Shown piece after piece: positions 9,790 to 22,164 of a DNA stretch of 64,000 nucleotides; position 1 is the stretch's first letter, and the number at the start of each line of letters is the position of its first letter. The DNA is from Camelus dromedarius (taxonomy: Eukaryota), in the NCBI RefSeq assembly GCF_036321535.1, contig NC_087462.1, forward strand, positions 21,638,001-21,702,000, written 5' to 3'. Below the pieces are notes generated by a model. The model searched no databases. It worked only from the letters and a program-made list of their open reading frames with translations, and was not told the origin of the DNA. Made by a program: the position numbers and the translations under genes.

Positions 9790-10150
9790 GGTCCACAGAG
9801 CCCGGAAGTGGCTATCTGGGGAAGGGCATGCTAAGCAGAGGGAACAGAAGGTGCAAAGTGTTTGGGGAGTGGATAAGATGCGGATACCTGGGGGTGGGGG
9901 AGGGGGATATTGGAGAGAATAATACTGGGGGGCAGATGGTGAGTCCCTTGTAGGTCTAGGTAAGTGCTTTGGGTTTTATTCCGAGTGAGATGGAAGCCAC
10001 TGGAAAGTCCTTGCCAGAGGAAGGCAGGATCTGACTTTAATTTTAAAAGGACCACTTCAGCCCCTAGGAAGCCGGAAGTAGCTGAAATGTCCCAGGCTTT
10101 CACAGGGAGGTTGCGGTGTGGGGTGAGCAGGGATCAGGCTGGAGTCTGAG
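9790..10150 (-). mobile_element. L2 fragment
   Basis: GCAGAGGGAACAG ... GGTTTTATTCCGAGTGAGATGGAAGCCACTGG. Confidence 0.75.
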
Positions 10151-10399
10151 CCATTGCATTGCTGACTGACGGGATGGGGAGCAGGGGAGAGAGAGTCAAG
10201 GGTTGAGCCCCAGCACCCGACAGGATGGAGATGGGGGGAGGGACGTGGGAGACACAGTCTGGTCCAGTCTTTGCGCTGCCAGTCTTGGTCTCTCATCAGT
10301 CGCCAGGACAGCACCACGGCGGGGCGGGGGGGGGGGGGTCCCTAACACCCGTTAAGGATGCAACACTGCAGAGGAGAGGCAATCCCCAGCTTGGAGTGG

Positions 10400-10760
10400 G
10401 AGCTGTGAGCTGAGGCGTGAAGATCAGCCGTGGGGACGTCAGCATCGGCTCTCCCCGCAGCGTTCCCTCCCGCGGGCTCAGTGCTCTGCCTGCCGAGCCC
10501 CCGCCAGGCTTCCCCCGCGCCGGGGTGCAGGGACTGGCGCTGCAGGTGAGAAAGCCAAGATGGGAACCTGGACGCGGCCGCCTGACTGTGAACCTCTGAG
10601 CTGGGTGGCCTTTCTGGGCAGGCAGAATGGGCCGCCCAGGGCTTGGGTCGCGCACGCCAACCTCCTAAGTCTGAGTGCGGCTCCGGCGAGCCTTCCTCTC
10701 AGTGGCCCTGCGGGTGCTGGCTGTGGGGATGTGCTTGTCACGCTGAACTGCTCCAGGTTG
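10400..10760. promoter_or_regulatory. Secondary CpG-rich cluster upstream of the island (possible divergent promoter or enhancer)
   Basis: Dense CpGs outside any recognised repeat; plus-strand donor CAG|GTGAGA at 10545/10546. Confidence 0.45.
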
Positions 10761-10830
10761 ACGGGCACCCTCCTCTGTTGCTCACTAACAGGAAAGGCAT
10801 TGCCCCACAAATGAGGACCTGACACTTTCT

Positions 10831-10972
10831 GTGTGGGTGTGCGTGTGCACACATGTGCGCATATGTGTGCACCTGTGCATGTGTACATGTGTGTACGTAT
10901 GTGCACTAGCGTGCATGTGTGTGCATGTGTGTACGCATGTGGGTCTGCGCATTCATGTGTGGGTGTGAGCAT
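10831..10972. repeat. Degenerate (TG/CA)n alternating purine-pyrimidine tract
   Basis: Perfectly alternating blocks at 10837-10872, 10874-10906 and 10909-10941. Confidence 0.9.
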
Positions 10973-11464
10973 GGGATGGGGAGCACGGAAGGAGAGGGAT
11001 GTTGCCAGGTGCCTTGCCCACCCCTCAGTACCTGACCCTGCCTGATAGCCACGCTTGTGCCCAGAGGAGGAACTGAGATCAATCCACCCTCCCTCCCCAG
11101 ATCACGAGCACTTTAGGGCAAAGCCAAGGGGTTCACTCCACACTACTGGGGGGCCTTGCGTGCCTTTGGAGCACAGGTGAGTTGAATGAAGAGATAAAGG
11201 GATGGCTTCTTTGTTACGCAGCGCCCTGCGCTCATGTCCCTGAATCTCACACTGACTCTGTGACTGTGACTGCAAGTCTCATTTCACAAGGGAGGAGTCA
11301 TGCTCAGAGAGGACAATGCTGGGTCTCAGGAAGCAGGGACAGGGGCAGGGGATGGAGGGGGCTGGCTCAGGCCAGAGCAGCCTGCAGACCCTCTTCTCCC
11401 TCCATCACCTCTGCTGTGCTGAGTCGGGGAGGAAAGCCTTGTTGGTGTCATCCAGACCAGATCA

Positions 11465-11810
11465 AGTCCTGGCTAATCTCTGCTCCCTGGGCAGCCTTGC
11501 GTCAGTCGCTGCCCTTCTATGTCACGCAGTGTTTTACTCTGCAAAATGGAAGATTATAGTACGTACCCCGGAGGATGGGCTGGAGAACAGGATGAGACCA
11601 TCAATGCACGGCGTGCCCTGGAATAATGATTGAAACTGATGTCACTGAAGGCTTGCCATGTGCCAAACACCATTCTGAGCTCTTTAGATTTCATATCATT
11701 TAAGCATCGCAGAGCCCTCTGAAGTCAATACTGTTATCCTCCTCGTTTTACGGATGGGGAAACTGAGGCTCACAGTAGAGCAGGGGCTGTCACATCCTGG
11801 TAAGTGAAAC
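11465..11810. mobile_element. Two MIRs, tail-to-tail
   Basis: Plus-strand copy to about 11630, then minus-strand copy with GGGGAAACTGAGGCTCA. Confidence 0.7.
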
Positions 11811-12849
11811 CACATGGCTTAGATGGTGACACCTTGAGTGGCTGTTACTATTATTCCCCACTCTTGAAATTAGCATTCTTTGGGTTGAAGGACGCTAAAG
11901 TTTGAGTCCTCTCCCCTCTCCCCTCCTCCACCCCCAGGGAAGGGTCCCAGGGCCCTAAGGGGCTGAGGAGCTGCGGGCTTCATGCAGAGGTCGGGAGCCC
12001 CCTCCAGGCTCCGCCAGGCTGCGCAGGTGACCTGGCTGTGGCTACACTGCCCTCCAGTGGCGGGGACGCAGCATCGCCCCTGGTGCAGTGCCTCGGGCTG
12101 CCCAGACCACAGCCTCCTCCGGGAACAACGCTGTTCCTTGGATGGAGCCCAGCTGGGTCTCCCGCGTGCTCTAAAATCAATCCGTGTTCATGCATTTTCC
12201 GGCGCGGGAACTAAGCAAGTCTTCGAGTAGGAGCTTCTGGAGACAGCACCTGTCCCCCTTTTCTGCGCCTTGTGTCAGTGACATGCTGGTAAAAGTTTAA
12301 CAAGTGTCTTCCAGGGCATAAAACCGGAATGTGCAGCATTTGCCAGTTTCCCTGGTGCAAATGTTACCAGCACGGCCGTCCCTGAGCGGGAAGCGCTCAG
12401 AGGAGACGCATACACTCACGTCCGTCTTTGGCGGCTTTTTGTTTGACCAAAAATGAAATAATGCCTCATATGTTTCTCTTTGACTTGCTGTTTTCACTGA
12501 AGGATGGTGGCCATCTCCCCAGGTCATCTGCTCTGTAGTGGGTGTATGGCGATCCCCTGGAGGGATTACCTCAGTTTATTCATCTCCCTGAAACCCCCTC
12601 AGGAGCCCTCCTCAACCCTGATCATTCATTGACACACACATCTGGCCTTCTGCAGTTTGCTGGGTCCGTGAGTCGGAGTCCTTGGGGCATGTTCAGAGCC
12701 CCCTGTATTGGGAAGGAAGATGCTCTCCCTTGCTCTGTGCCCACCCTGGACCTCTGGATGGAACTGGAGGCGCGTGCCCTGGACTCCGCAGAGTCACAAG
12801 CAAGTGGAGACCCTGGTCTGGCTTCCCCAGCAGCCCTGGGGACCAGCAG

Positions 12850-13370
12850 CCTCCTCTGCCTCCCAGCACCTGTCTGCCTCAGATGCCCCTTACATACGAC
12901 CCCCATGGGACTTACCGAAACCTCACGCTTTTGGTTTAAATGGACCAACCCGGCCTTTACCCTGGAACCCCACTCGCAGACCCTCATAAAGGCGTCCTGC
13001 CTCCCTGTCCACACTCTGCCTCGCCCTCCCCAGGCAGCCCCTCAGATTGTGCCCTGCATTCCTCCAGGTCCTGGAAGAAATGCACTTCTCTATTCCAATT
13101 CCTCTTGTCTGTGTTTGAGACCCGCCTCTTTTTCTGACATCCTGTGCCGGTGTTAGCAGTGTTCATTCAACAAGGTCAGACCCCACTCCTCGCCCTGGGG
13201 TTTCCTCCTCATGCTTTCCCAGGCCCTGACCCCACCCTACCCCAGGGCTGTAAATTCCCACCTGCCCACATCGTGTTCATATACGGGGTTGTGCCCTCTC
13301 TCCCCGCCTCAAGACCCCTCGGCAGTGTCCCTGCACCCATCATGATGGCCCCCTTGGATAAAGTCTTCCT
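12850..13370 (+). mobile_element. Degraded L2
   Basis: Pyrimidine-rich sense L2-like segments. Confidence 0.45.
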
Positions 13371-13398
13371 TATCAATTTCAACAAGTGTTATGAGTCA

Positions 13399-13432
13399 TT
13401 TTCTTTCTTTTTTCTTTTCTTTTTCTTTTTTT
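13399..13432 (+). repeat. (TTTTC)n low-complexity run
   Basis: Direct reading. Confidence 0.9.
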
Positions 13433-13444
13433 AACAATAGCGTG

Positions 13445-13560
13445 GATTTGGGAGTGAGAGCGGCAGCCTCAGGCTGCACCAGCCTGTCACTGGTTGTGTG
13501 ACCTTGGACAAGTCCCAAGTCTCTATTTCATTATCTATACAATGTTGCACGGAGAGGGTC
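13445..13560 (+). mobile_element. MIR
   Basis: TGTGTGACCTTGGACAAGTC. Confidence 0.7.
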
Positions 13561-13769
13561 TGGCTCGAGCGAGTCACGTGGCCACCACTGGGCGCAAGGC
13601 CAGCTGGGGAATGTAGTTCCCAGCTGGGCAGCTCTCTCTCCAGAAACAATGCCACACCTGTAACTCCCAGGTGGGGAGGATGCCTGCATGACATGTGGAA
13701 CACGTAGAACCATGCCGGGCCTGGAGCCAGGGCTTAATCAAGGTCACCGTTTATATTCAACCAATATCC

Positions 13770-14160
13770 ACACATTACTTTAAAAATTAAAATGGAACAA
13801 AAAAAGTTTATAAGAAAGGTTAATTCTCCCTCCCATCCCCCAGTCCCTTTGCTAAGAAAACCAGTGTCATCAGTTTCTAGTACCTTCTCCCACTACGTGG
13901 AGTATGTGCTTATGCCCTCAGGTATGTAAAAGTACAAATACATATACTTATCTTTTTTAAAACAATAGTGATGTGCTACGTATTCACTTTGTTTCCACTT
14001 AACAATGTATCTTGGTGATTGTTCCAAATTTGCAGCCAGAGAGATCAGCCACATTCTACCAGCGCACCGTCTCCCAGTAAATGATGGGGACGTAATTATT
14101 TACGCCATCTTTCTACTGATGGGAAAAGATGTTTATGTAATTTTTGTCTTTTTCCAACTG
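13770..14160 (-). mobile_element. Ancient L1 (L1ME-like) 3' UTR
   Basis: AT-rich TTTCCACTTAACAATGTATCTTGG ... CTACTGATGGG. Confidence 0.65.
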
Positions 14161-15212
14161 GGTCAAAGAAAGACAAATGAAAAACCCGAGGGCTGCCGGT
14201 ATGTGACACTGAGGATGGGGGCCTTGACTTATTTCGGGAAAGGAGTTGCAGGGGGCAGGCCTCTGGCTCTGACAGGGGTGTGCTCAGAGCCTCAGTGGAC
14301 TTCGCGAGTCCAGACTGGGCCCCTTCTGCTCTCTTCCCCAGCCAGCTCTTTGGAAAAAGGATCAAGACCTGGGTCACAGGGACACGTTGCAGATGCCACC
14401 AAGGCCTTGGGAGGAACCAGGGCCTTGACCAACAGAGCGAGCATGCAGCTTGGAGATGTCAATGAGATCTGAACCTTTTTTTCCCCTTTTTTAATGAATT
14501 AAATGAACCCCTCCTGCTTTTTCAGCTTTGACCAGGTCATGGATTTTGGCTGCTGATCTGGCTCTTCCTCACGCAATGTGACTGCTCCCCCACCACAAAA
14601 CAGCTGGAGAGAGAAAGAGGGCACCTGCAGTGGCCTAGAGCCCCTGGCTGGAGGGGACGGTCCCCGCTCCCTCCAGAGCACAGCCTTCTCTGGGTGCAGC
14701 TTGAAAACGATTCACCGAGTCCCCCCCTTACTTTCCAGCTCCAGTGTCTGTCTGTGGGTTTGCACTGAGCTCACCCAGCACCCCAGCCACCTAAGTAAAC
14801 AGGGGACGAAACCGGACCGTGTAGTCAGGGCTGCTAAGTGGGGCGTGAATGAAGGGGGCCCAGCTGGAGAGTGCAGGGCAGTGGCAGGGGTGGAAGCCAG
14901 GCTCCAGCTTTGCCTGCGGCCAGTTCATTAAGCCCTCTGCACTGCATTTATTTTTCTGCACGCGGACCGACAATGCTAGAGCTTAAGACAAGATGAGATC
15001 ACGACTCCTAGCTCAGCGCCTGGCACTGAGTGCTTCACAAAAACCTCCACTCCTCCTCCTCGGAATGTCATTATCTGGCGTTACTGCGTGTCATCATCAT
15101 CATCACGGTCACTGTTTCTGTTATTAGCATTAAACGTTTTATTTATTATTAGCATTAAAGGCCTTGAGGCCTGAGCAGGAAGGCGTCTCCTTGAAGCTGC
15201 TTTTCTCTGTGC

Positions 15213-15230
15213 GGCCAGCAGAGGGCGCCA
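15213..15230 (+). promoter_or_regulatory. CTCF motif
   Basis: GGCCAGCAGAGGGCGCCA, near-optimal match to the CTCF core. Confidence 0.75.
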
Positions 15231-15569
15231 TTGTCTGACACAGGGGCCGCCAGCCAGGCGGTACCCACAGGAGAGAGGCAGCTGGGATCAGCTTTCTCCT
15301 TTCTCCGCCTGACCTGGGGCCATGGGGGGCGGGCAGGGCGGTGGTCTCTGGGCCCCAGGTTATAACCCAGCTCATCACTGCCCACCTCCCCAGCACAGGC
15401 GCATCCAAGGAGCCTCTGCCTGGCTTCTCATCTTGGGGAGCTCTGACAAGCCCACCTCCGGACCATTTCTTTCTGTCACCTCTTACCAACATATGTCTCG
15501 GGTTTTAATAAAAATCTCCGAGGAGACTGATCAGAGGAGGCCCCGTGGATCTCCCTCCAGGATCTCTAG

Positions 15570-15680
15570 GCACGGGAGAGTCAGATGGAACTGGGTTTGA
15601 ATCCCTGGTTCTCACTCCCATGCCCTGCGGCCCCTCTGAGCCTCAGTTTCCCCATCTGTAAAAACGGAAAGATTTCCTCT
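15570..15680 (+). mobile_element. MIR
   Basis: CTCTGAGCCTCAGTTTCCCCATCTGTAAAA. Confidence 0.8.
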
Positions 15681-16094
15681 GAGGCCTGGAGGAGCTGGTG
15701 TCGCCCCATCCGGGGGCTCAGTCAGCGGGGCGGGTCTGCCTTTCTTCTTCAGACCTTGGAGAATTTTCCCTAAGAGTCCCGGCCAAGAAGGCGCTAGGCT
15801 GCTGGTGGCAATGAGAATGGATTCACCTGTCATAGTTTCCCAGAAGCCATCACATTTGTTGGTGTTTAATCCTTACCTGAACTCCATGGAATAAGATACA
15901 TTTTTATACCCATTTTATAGCCAACGTGTCACGGTGGGGTCATGCACAGGGCGTTTCCTCCGACTGAGGGCGAGTGGCTGTTCAGAGCTGGATGTGTCAA
16001 TCGGAGTATCCTTGTCTCCGGCCCATTGGCGTGGACTGCTGATGGCCAGTGAGCGCTTTCTCTGTCAGGAGCTCAGCTCAGTTCTTTGTAGGAG

Positions 16095-16240
16095 TCCTTC
16101 CATTTAATCCTCACAACAGCCTTGACGGATGGGGATGGTTTCTACGTTTGTTTTACAGACAAAGAGACTGAGGCAGATGGAACTGACGAAGGAGCCGGGG
16201 TTGGAACGCAGGTTCCCTGACTCCAGACTCAAGCTGGTGA
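16095..16240 (-). mobile_element. MIR
   Basis: TTTAATCCTCACAACAGCC ... TTTTACAGACAAAGAGACTGAGGC. Confidence 0.8.
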
Positions 16241-17109
16241 CCACCAGCCTCCAAGGACGGAAGCGCAGGAGGGGGAGCCGTGCTCTCAGAAGCCAGGGGT
16301 CCGATCCTCACCCCTCCCTCCATGTGACCTTCTGAGCTCCAGCCTCCCCACTTGCAAAGGAGCGAGAACCAGGTTCCCTGCCAACTTGACTGGATTATCC
16401 TGAAGCTTATCTGGGAACATAGGTAGGACCTGGCTTCCGAAATGAAATCGGAGAGTGAGGATTCTAGCCGACCGCACTCTGGAATTCAGACAAGCCCGGG
16501 CCTGTCTGGGAAAGGCCCGGGCAGACCCCCGCTCCAGGGGTCCATTTAGTGAGATTTTTGGTTGTTCGTGACTGAAGGAGAATGAGGCAGTGGCTTTGCA
16601 CACCGAGCCTGGGGGAGGCGGTGGCCAGGGTCCCTGGGGTCTGTTTTGAATACTGTCCCCCCAGCCAGCTCAGGCACCTCGGTCTGAGCCTGGTGTACCG
16701 AGGGGCTGGGGCTGGAGCTGAGGGACTGCTTGGCCAGGGGGTCCCTGAACCAGACCTCAGCACCCACAGATCCAGTGCGGGACCGGGGCACAAAGGGACT
16801 TAGTGACATGGCTCTGGAGAGGCATCTGAGGCAGAGGACAAGAGGACTGTCACTGAGCTCCTGTGGGACCCTCCAGGGTCCCTGGATGTGGGTGCCTGGC
16901 GGGGGTGGGGCTGTATCCTGGACTTATGACAGCTAAGGTGCAGCCACTGTCATGGTCCATCTGGGGAGATCTGAGTGTCAGCTCTGAAGGTCTGTAGCCA
17001 TGGGTCGACTTGTGTCATTTCCAGGAGTAAATTCAGAGATGGGAGGTAATTTTCTGGCCAGGACTTTGATCTGTCCCATGTCACTAATGAAGTGTCTTTG
17101 CCTGTTGCC

Positions 17110-17280
17110 AGATTCTAAATTCAAAGCTTTGCTCCACCTTTGCAGACCAGGCGGTTGGTCTCACCTCTGGGCACAGCATCCCTCACCTGCCAAATGCAGG
17201 TAAAGACATCACTCCCAGGGCACTGGTGCTACTTAGTGAGACACGGTGTGACGTGCGTGATGTAGTAGGTGGCGCTCACT
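17110..17280 (+). mobile_element. MIR
   Basis: Degenerate MIR core and 3' end. Confidence 0.55.
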
Positions 17281-17282
17281 CG

Positions 17283-17370
17283 TCTTTTCTTTCCTCCACT
17301 CTTTCTTTCCCCTTCCCTCCCTCCCTCTCTCCTCCCTTCTCTGTCTCTACCCTTTTCTTTCCTTTCTGCA
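17283..17370 (+). repeat. Polypyrimidine (CT-rich) tract
   Basis: About 85 nt almost free of purines. Confidence 0.9.
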
Positions 17371-18409
17371 TTCATTCAAAATAACCTGTGATGCCCTATG
17401 TGGTCATTTGAGGGCCAGAGTTCATTAAGCCAGTTCAGAGCCACCATGACCATGAGCATCCAGCGGGCATCCGGGAACCAGTCGCCTCAGGGCATCGGGT
17501 GGACACAGTTCCAACGCAGCCCGCTGCTCCCTTACAAACACAGGATTGGCCAGCCATCTCCCTGGACACATCTGGTTTTCATCAGTGCTCCGTGAAACCA
17601 TTTTGCCCAGTTTATTTTTTATCACTGCTGCCATGATCATTTGCCCTTTCGTCTCTAATCTTCACATCCCCGTTTCCTGGAGAGGCCGGTGAATATCTGA
17701 ACATCAGAGAAGTCAGTCTCTGACTGCTGAAGAGGGATGCAGCGCGGTGTGTGTTTGCTGGTGGGAGATGGGGAGGGAGACACACAGAATACAATCCACG
17801 AGGGACCTGCCCGGGGAAGATGGGACAGGTGGAAAGAAGAGCGCTTCCATGTTTGCCAAAAGGTGTGCCAGAGATGTTTCCATTCTTTGCTGCCAAAGGA
17901 TGAGCGGAGAGTGGCTTTCTCTGCAAAGCCCCTTTCCTTTCCAAGAAGGTGGTAAAGTTGCATAGGGGTTTAAATGAAAAGTCAGCTGCCTCTGCCAGGT
18001 GAGGCCATGTCTGCAGAAGGATGAGACCTGGAGGACACCAGGGGAAATGAGGGCGCCGGTGGAGGGGCTGGTGTCCACTGAAATGCTGCTAACACTTGAT
18101 ACGATACAACATGTGCAACACATACAAACAATGACATCACGGTGAAGTAAAGAACAGTTTGTCAAGGTCTTTTTTTCATTCCTTTCCTGCCTCCAGCCAG
18201 TGAGCCAGCTATTTAAAGAGTACAAGGGATGACAGAGAAAAATGGACAAAGGAGATGAATGACAGTGCGGAAATCCAGGCTGTCTCTCCATCCATTCAGA
18301 GAGGGTGGATCTGAGGTTGTCCTGGGAGGTGGCAGCTCCTGAGAGGAGGAGGAAAAGGGGGCCCCCATGGATGGCAAAACAGAAGGTGGAAGCCGAGTAC
18401 ACGGACTTT

Positions 18410-18540
18410 TACAGCCAGATGGACTTGGGTTTAAATCCTAGCAACATCATATGCCAGCTGTCAGACACTGGGCAAGGTTTTTAAACTTCAATGTCTCAGT
18501 TTTCTCATCTGCAAAATGGGTAAGAAGATTAATGATAATG
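18410..18540 (+). mobile_element. MIR
   Basis: TGTCTCAGTTTTCTCATCTGCAAAATGGG. Confidence 0.8.
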
Positions 18541-18849
18541 TAAGTACTCCTAGGCAGTTGTGATATTAAGACAGCGTCCATAGTAGGCACTCCAGAGAGA
18601 GGCTTCACCACCACTGCGATTTACAAAGCTGACGACTAGGAGGCTCTTTCTGTTCCTTGCTGTCCACCCCACCACCCCCCTTTCAAAGCTGTCACCAAAT
18701 CCTGGTAAGACCTCCTTGAAAATACCTTCCCAACCCCTCCCTGCCTTCCACCCGCACTTGCTCTGGCTCAGCTCACACGTCATGTCCCCTGACTGGTCCT
18801 CCTCCTCCAGTCCCCACTTCCAGTCCACCCCTCACCCCCTCGCCATGTA

Positions 18850-18865
18850 TCCGCAGAGGGCGCCA
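18850..18865 (+). promoter_or_regulatory. Weaker CTCF-like motif
   Basis: TCCGCAGAGGGCGCCA; two mismatches at the 5' end of the core. Confidence 0.35.
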
Positions 18866-18942
18866 CCACGGAGATCTGACCCACACCCTCCAGTGGTCTC
18901 TGTCATCTACCGGACAGGACCCAAGTGTCCCAGCAGGGGAAC

Positions 18943-19960
18943 TGTGTATGTCAGAAATGATTTGATTGAAGTGTCAGAAACTCAGGTCAAACTGGCTTAA
19001 GAAGGTAACAAAAAGGGGTAGGGGAGTCAGTTCAGGTGTTCCGAGGCAGCAGATGCCAAGATGGAAATACACATGTAAGAAATTTACGGATGGATACACT
19101 TCAGAAGGTCGAAGGGGAGGAGGCAGGCTGATTCAGCTCTGGTCCTGTGAAGGAGAGAAGGAAGGAAGGAGGGTTAGGTAGATTCTTGGACTGCAGTGCA
19201 ATTTCTAACAAAGTTTTGGCCAGGCCAATAGGGAAGCTTAGAACCAAATCACCAGAGAGAGGGGACTCATAAGAATGGGACATGGGATGACACTAATGCT
19301 CTCAGATGCTCAGCCACTGGCTGGAAGCAGCCCCGCGTTGGAGGACAAGGAGGGAAGCTGGCCTGGGAGCAAATGTGGTGGAAGATGCAGAGGTCACACA
19401 GCAGCAGGTCTGAGTGGCACGTTTTCATGGTCACCACAGGGAAAGACCTGTAGGTTCACAAAATCCGAAAGTCCAGAATCAGCATGGCTTCAGGCATGGC
19501 TATATCAAGGTGTCCAAATGACATCTCCACAATATTTCTCCAATTCGGAGCCTTGCTTTCCTTGGTAAGGGCTCCATTTTCCAACAGGTTCTCTCCATAT
19601 GGTGTTAAGATAACCATCAACAGCTCCAGTTTTATCTCCTCTTAGTTTCAAATCCAGCCGGAAAGAATCTACCTGTTTCTTTTCCAATTCTTTGAGCAAA
19701 TGTCCCAGGAATAATAGCTCTGATGGGCTCTGTGCCCATCTCTGAACCAGTCACTGTGGCCACGGGGAGGGCCATGCTCTGACTGTCCAGTCCTCTGGGT
19801 TAACCATCACACCTGGAGCTGGAGGAAGACAGCTCCACCCACCACACCTGAGAGTGGGGGAGGGGTGGTTCCCTGAAGAACCTTGGGAAAAAACTGGGGT
19901 GCACTTAGCAGGAGAAAGGGAAATGGATGCTGAGTAGAAACAACACAGGTCTCCTCTCCA
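18943..19960 (-). mobile_element. MaLR solo LTR (MLT1K-like), split by a nested LTR
   Basis: CAAACTGGCTTAAG; GGCTTCAGGCATGGCT; GAACCAGTCACTGTGGCC; GAGAGTGGGGGAGGGGTGGTTCCC. Confidence 0.8.
19028..19415. mobile_element. ERVL-class LTR (LTR16/LTR33-like) nested in MLT1K
   Basis: GCAGCAGATGCCAAGATGG ... CTCAGCCACTGGCTGGAAGCAGCCC interrupts MLT1K colinearity. Confidence 0.55.
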
Positions 19961-19994
19961 TAGATCATTTTAATTTCTCCTGGAGGCACATCCA

Positions 19995-20310
19995 CTGGTC
20001 CTTCAGTTATCTCTTGATGGAGAACAAATCACCCCAAAACTTAGTGACTTAAAGCATAGTAACCTACAACCTCTCGTGGGTCTGTGGGTTCGCTGGGCAG
20101 TTCCTCTGCTGGTCTCACCTGGGGATGCTCATTCACCTGGCTCCTCTCGCCCCCTGGGGTCCTCCACCTGCTCGCTCCCTCCACGTGCTGTCCTATCGCT
20201 TGGCAGTGGTCCAAGTGAGTCGCAAGGACCGCCCAGAGTGAGGAAGAGGGGGAACAGCCTCCACCTAGAAGGAAGGAGCAGCAAAGAATCCATGTTCAAT
20301 CCACAAAGAT
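19995..20310 (-). mobile_element. MaLR LTR (MLT1H/I/J-like)
   Basis: AACAAATCACCCCAAAACTTAGTGACTTAAAGC start. Confidence 0.7.
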
Positions 20311-20619
20311 GAAAACGAGACTGGGGAGCGGTCTAGATTTGGCTTAACAGCTGAAGGTCTATGGAGCTTTCCTCTTCCACTTTCCTGGCCAGGGGCACAG
20401 CCCTGAGCCTCCGTCTCAGCCTTTCTCTTTGGAGGTTTGGGTGTGGTGTGACAGCGCGTGGGGGCTAGGGTGCTGGGTCTGGACCCGGGGGAACAGGTCA
20501 CCGAGGCAAGGCATTTGGCCCCCAGCTCACCACTGGACTCTGAGCACTTGGTGGGGAGGACAGTGGGCATCTTCCACCCCAGTGCTGGGCCCAGGAAGCC
20601 GCGACGTGTGCAGACATGC

Positions 20620-21470
20620 AGACCCGTCCTGCCTCTGTCACTGGTGTGGGTGAAAGCTCCCAGCCCTCTGCTATTTCCCCAACACCCAGTGCAGCACCGG
20701 ACACATGGCCGGTGCTCAATAAATGTTTGCTGGGCCGATGAGTAAACCCCTTGGAGCCTTATTTTCTTTATCTGAAAAATTGTAGTAACAACAGTAACAG
20801 TAACAACTAGCGTGGTCAGGGTGGTAATGCCAAGACCCATCTCTTCTTCACAGCCTGTGAGGCCCTGCAGGATCCGGACACAGATCGTGGACCTCTCCAG
20901 CCTCATCCCACACCAAGTCCCATGGCCCTCTCTGCACTCCAGCCACCTGAGCCCTGTTCCAGTTTCTCAGACTCACCTATCTCCTTCCCTCAGGACCTTT
21001 GCACATGCTGCGCTCTGTGCCAGATGCTCTTCCCTCTCCCTCCTCACTTAGTTAACTGCTGGCTGTCTCCAATATTCCAGTCCCACTAGCACTTCTTGGG
21101 ATAAGCCTCTCCTGATCTTCTTGACCAGGCTGGGTCCTCCTGTTGTATGATTTCAGAGGGCTGTGTGACTTTTCTCCCTGGCTGTTCTGATTCAAATGCC
21201 AATCTTATCCAGAAGCACCCTCCCAGACACACCCAGAAATAATGGTTACCCAAATATTGTGGCCAGGTCAAGTGGACACATCTCATTGACCATCACAGAG
21301 GTGGGAGCTACAATTTGCATATTTACTGTTTGGTTAATATCAGGCTCTCCAGCCTCAGTTTTCTGAGACTAGCAATGAGTCTGATTCTTTCCATAGTATA
21401 AATCCAGAGCATGGTCCAGCATCTGGCACCTAATAAGTGCATGATACGTGCTGGGACTGGGTGGGTCGAG
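20620..21470 (+). mobile_element. L2 3' fragments (20620-20745 and 20870-21470)
   Basis: GTGCTCAATAAATGTTTGCTG tail; GGACCTTTGCACATGCTG. Confidence 0.8.
21182..21297 (-). mobile_element. ERVL LTR fragment (MLT2-like) inside L2
   Basis: CACCCTCCCAGACACACCCAGAAATAATG ... GACCATCACA. Confidence 0.75.
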
Positions 21471-22164
21471 GGCTGGGTCAAGAGATAATGGCCTGGTGCG
21501 GTGCCTTGTGCCAGGAGGCATTCAATGAATTGTCAGTCCTCTCAGCCAGTATTGGTATCTGTTTGTTTAAGTGAGTGAATGATCGAATGAGTTGGTGAAT
21601 GGTGGGCTGGCACTAGTCTATTGCATTAATTTGTGGGAGAAGACTGAAAGAGAAATTCAATTACAAATCAAATGTCAGAAAAAATTAAGCAAATCACTGC
21701 AACAGTTCCCCAGCGGTTCTTTTCATTATTCTTAAAATAGAATTTCTGCTGATGGGTTGGGGGGTGGGAAATAAATGAAAAAGCCACATCAGTGAAGAAC
21801 AGTGACCCCAAGAGCTGACATCCCAGAACAATCCAGGGCCATCAGTGACTTCATGATGGTCTGTCCTTGCCGCCACCACCACGCAAAGCTGGCAGAACTC
21901 CCTTCAAGCCATTCTGGTCCCTGGGAGCCAAAAATTCACCAATGTCCTGTCTGCAGTTGACCTTCTTTCCTGTGCATTCTTAGGGAAGCACTTTTGAAAC
22001 CCAACTCAGATGCTGCACAAGGACAGGAGGGTGAGTCTGGAAGTAAGTGCTCCCCCACACCCCTTCCCCATCATCACAGCTGCCAACCAGCACGGGCCTC
22101 TGCAGGGCCCGCGCCCACACCAGAAACCGCCAATGGGCCAGGCTGGGACTTGGACCCTTACTCT

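Noticed and set aside
17713-18402. 229-aa minus-strand ORF
   Set aside because: No recognisable similarity or coding-like composition; length attainable by chance in GC-rich DNA
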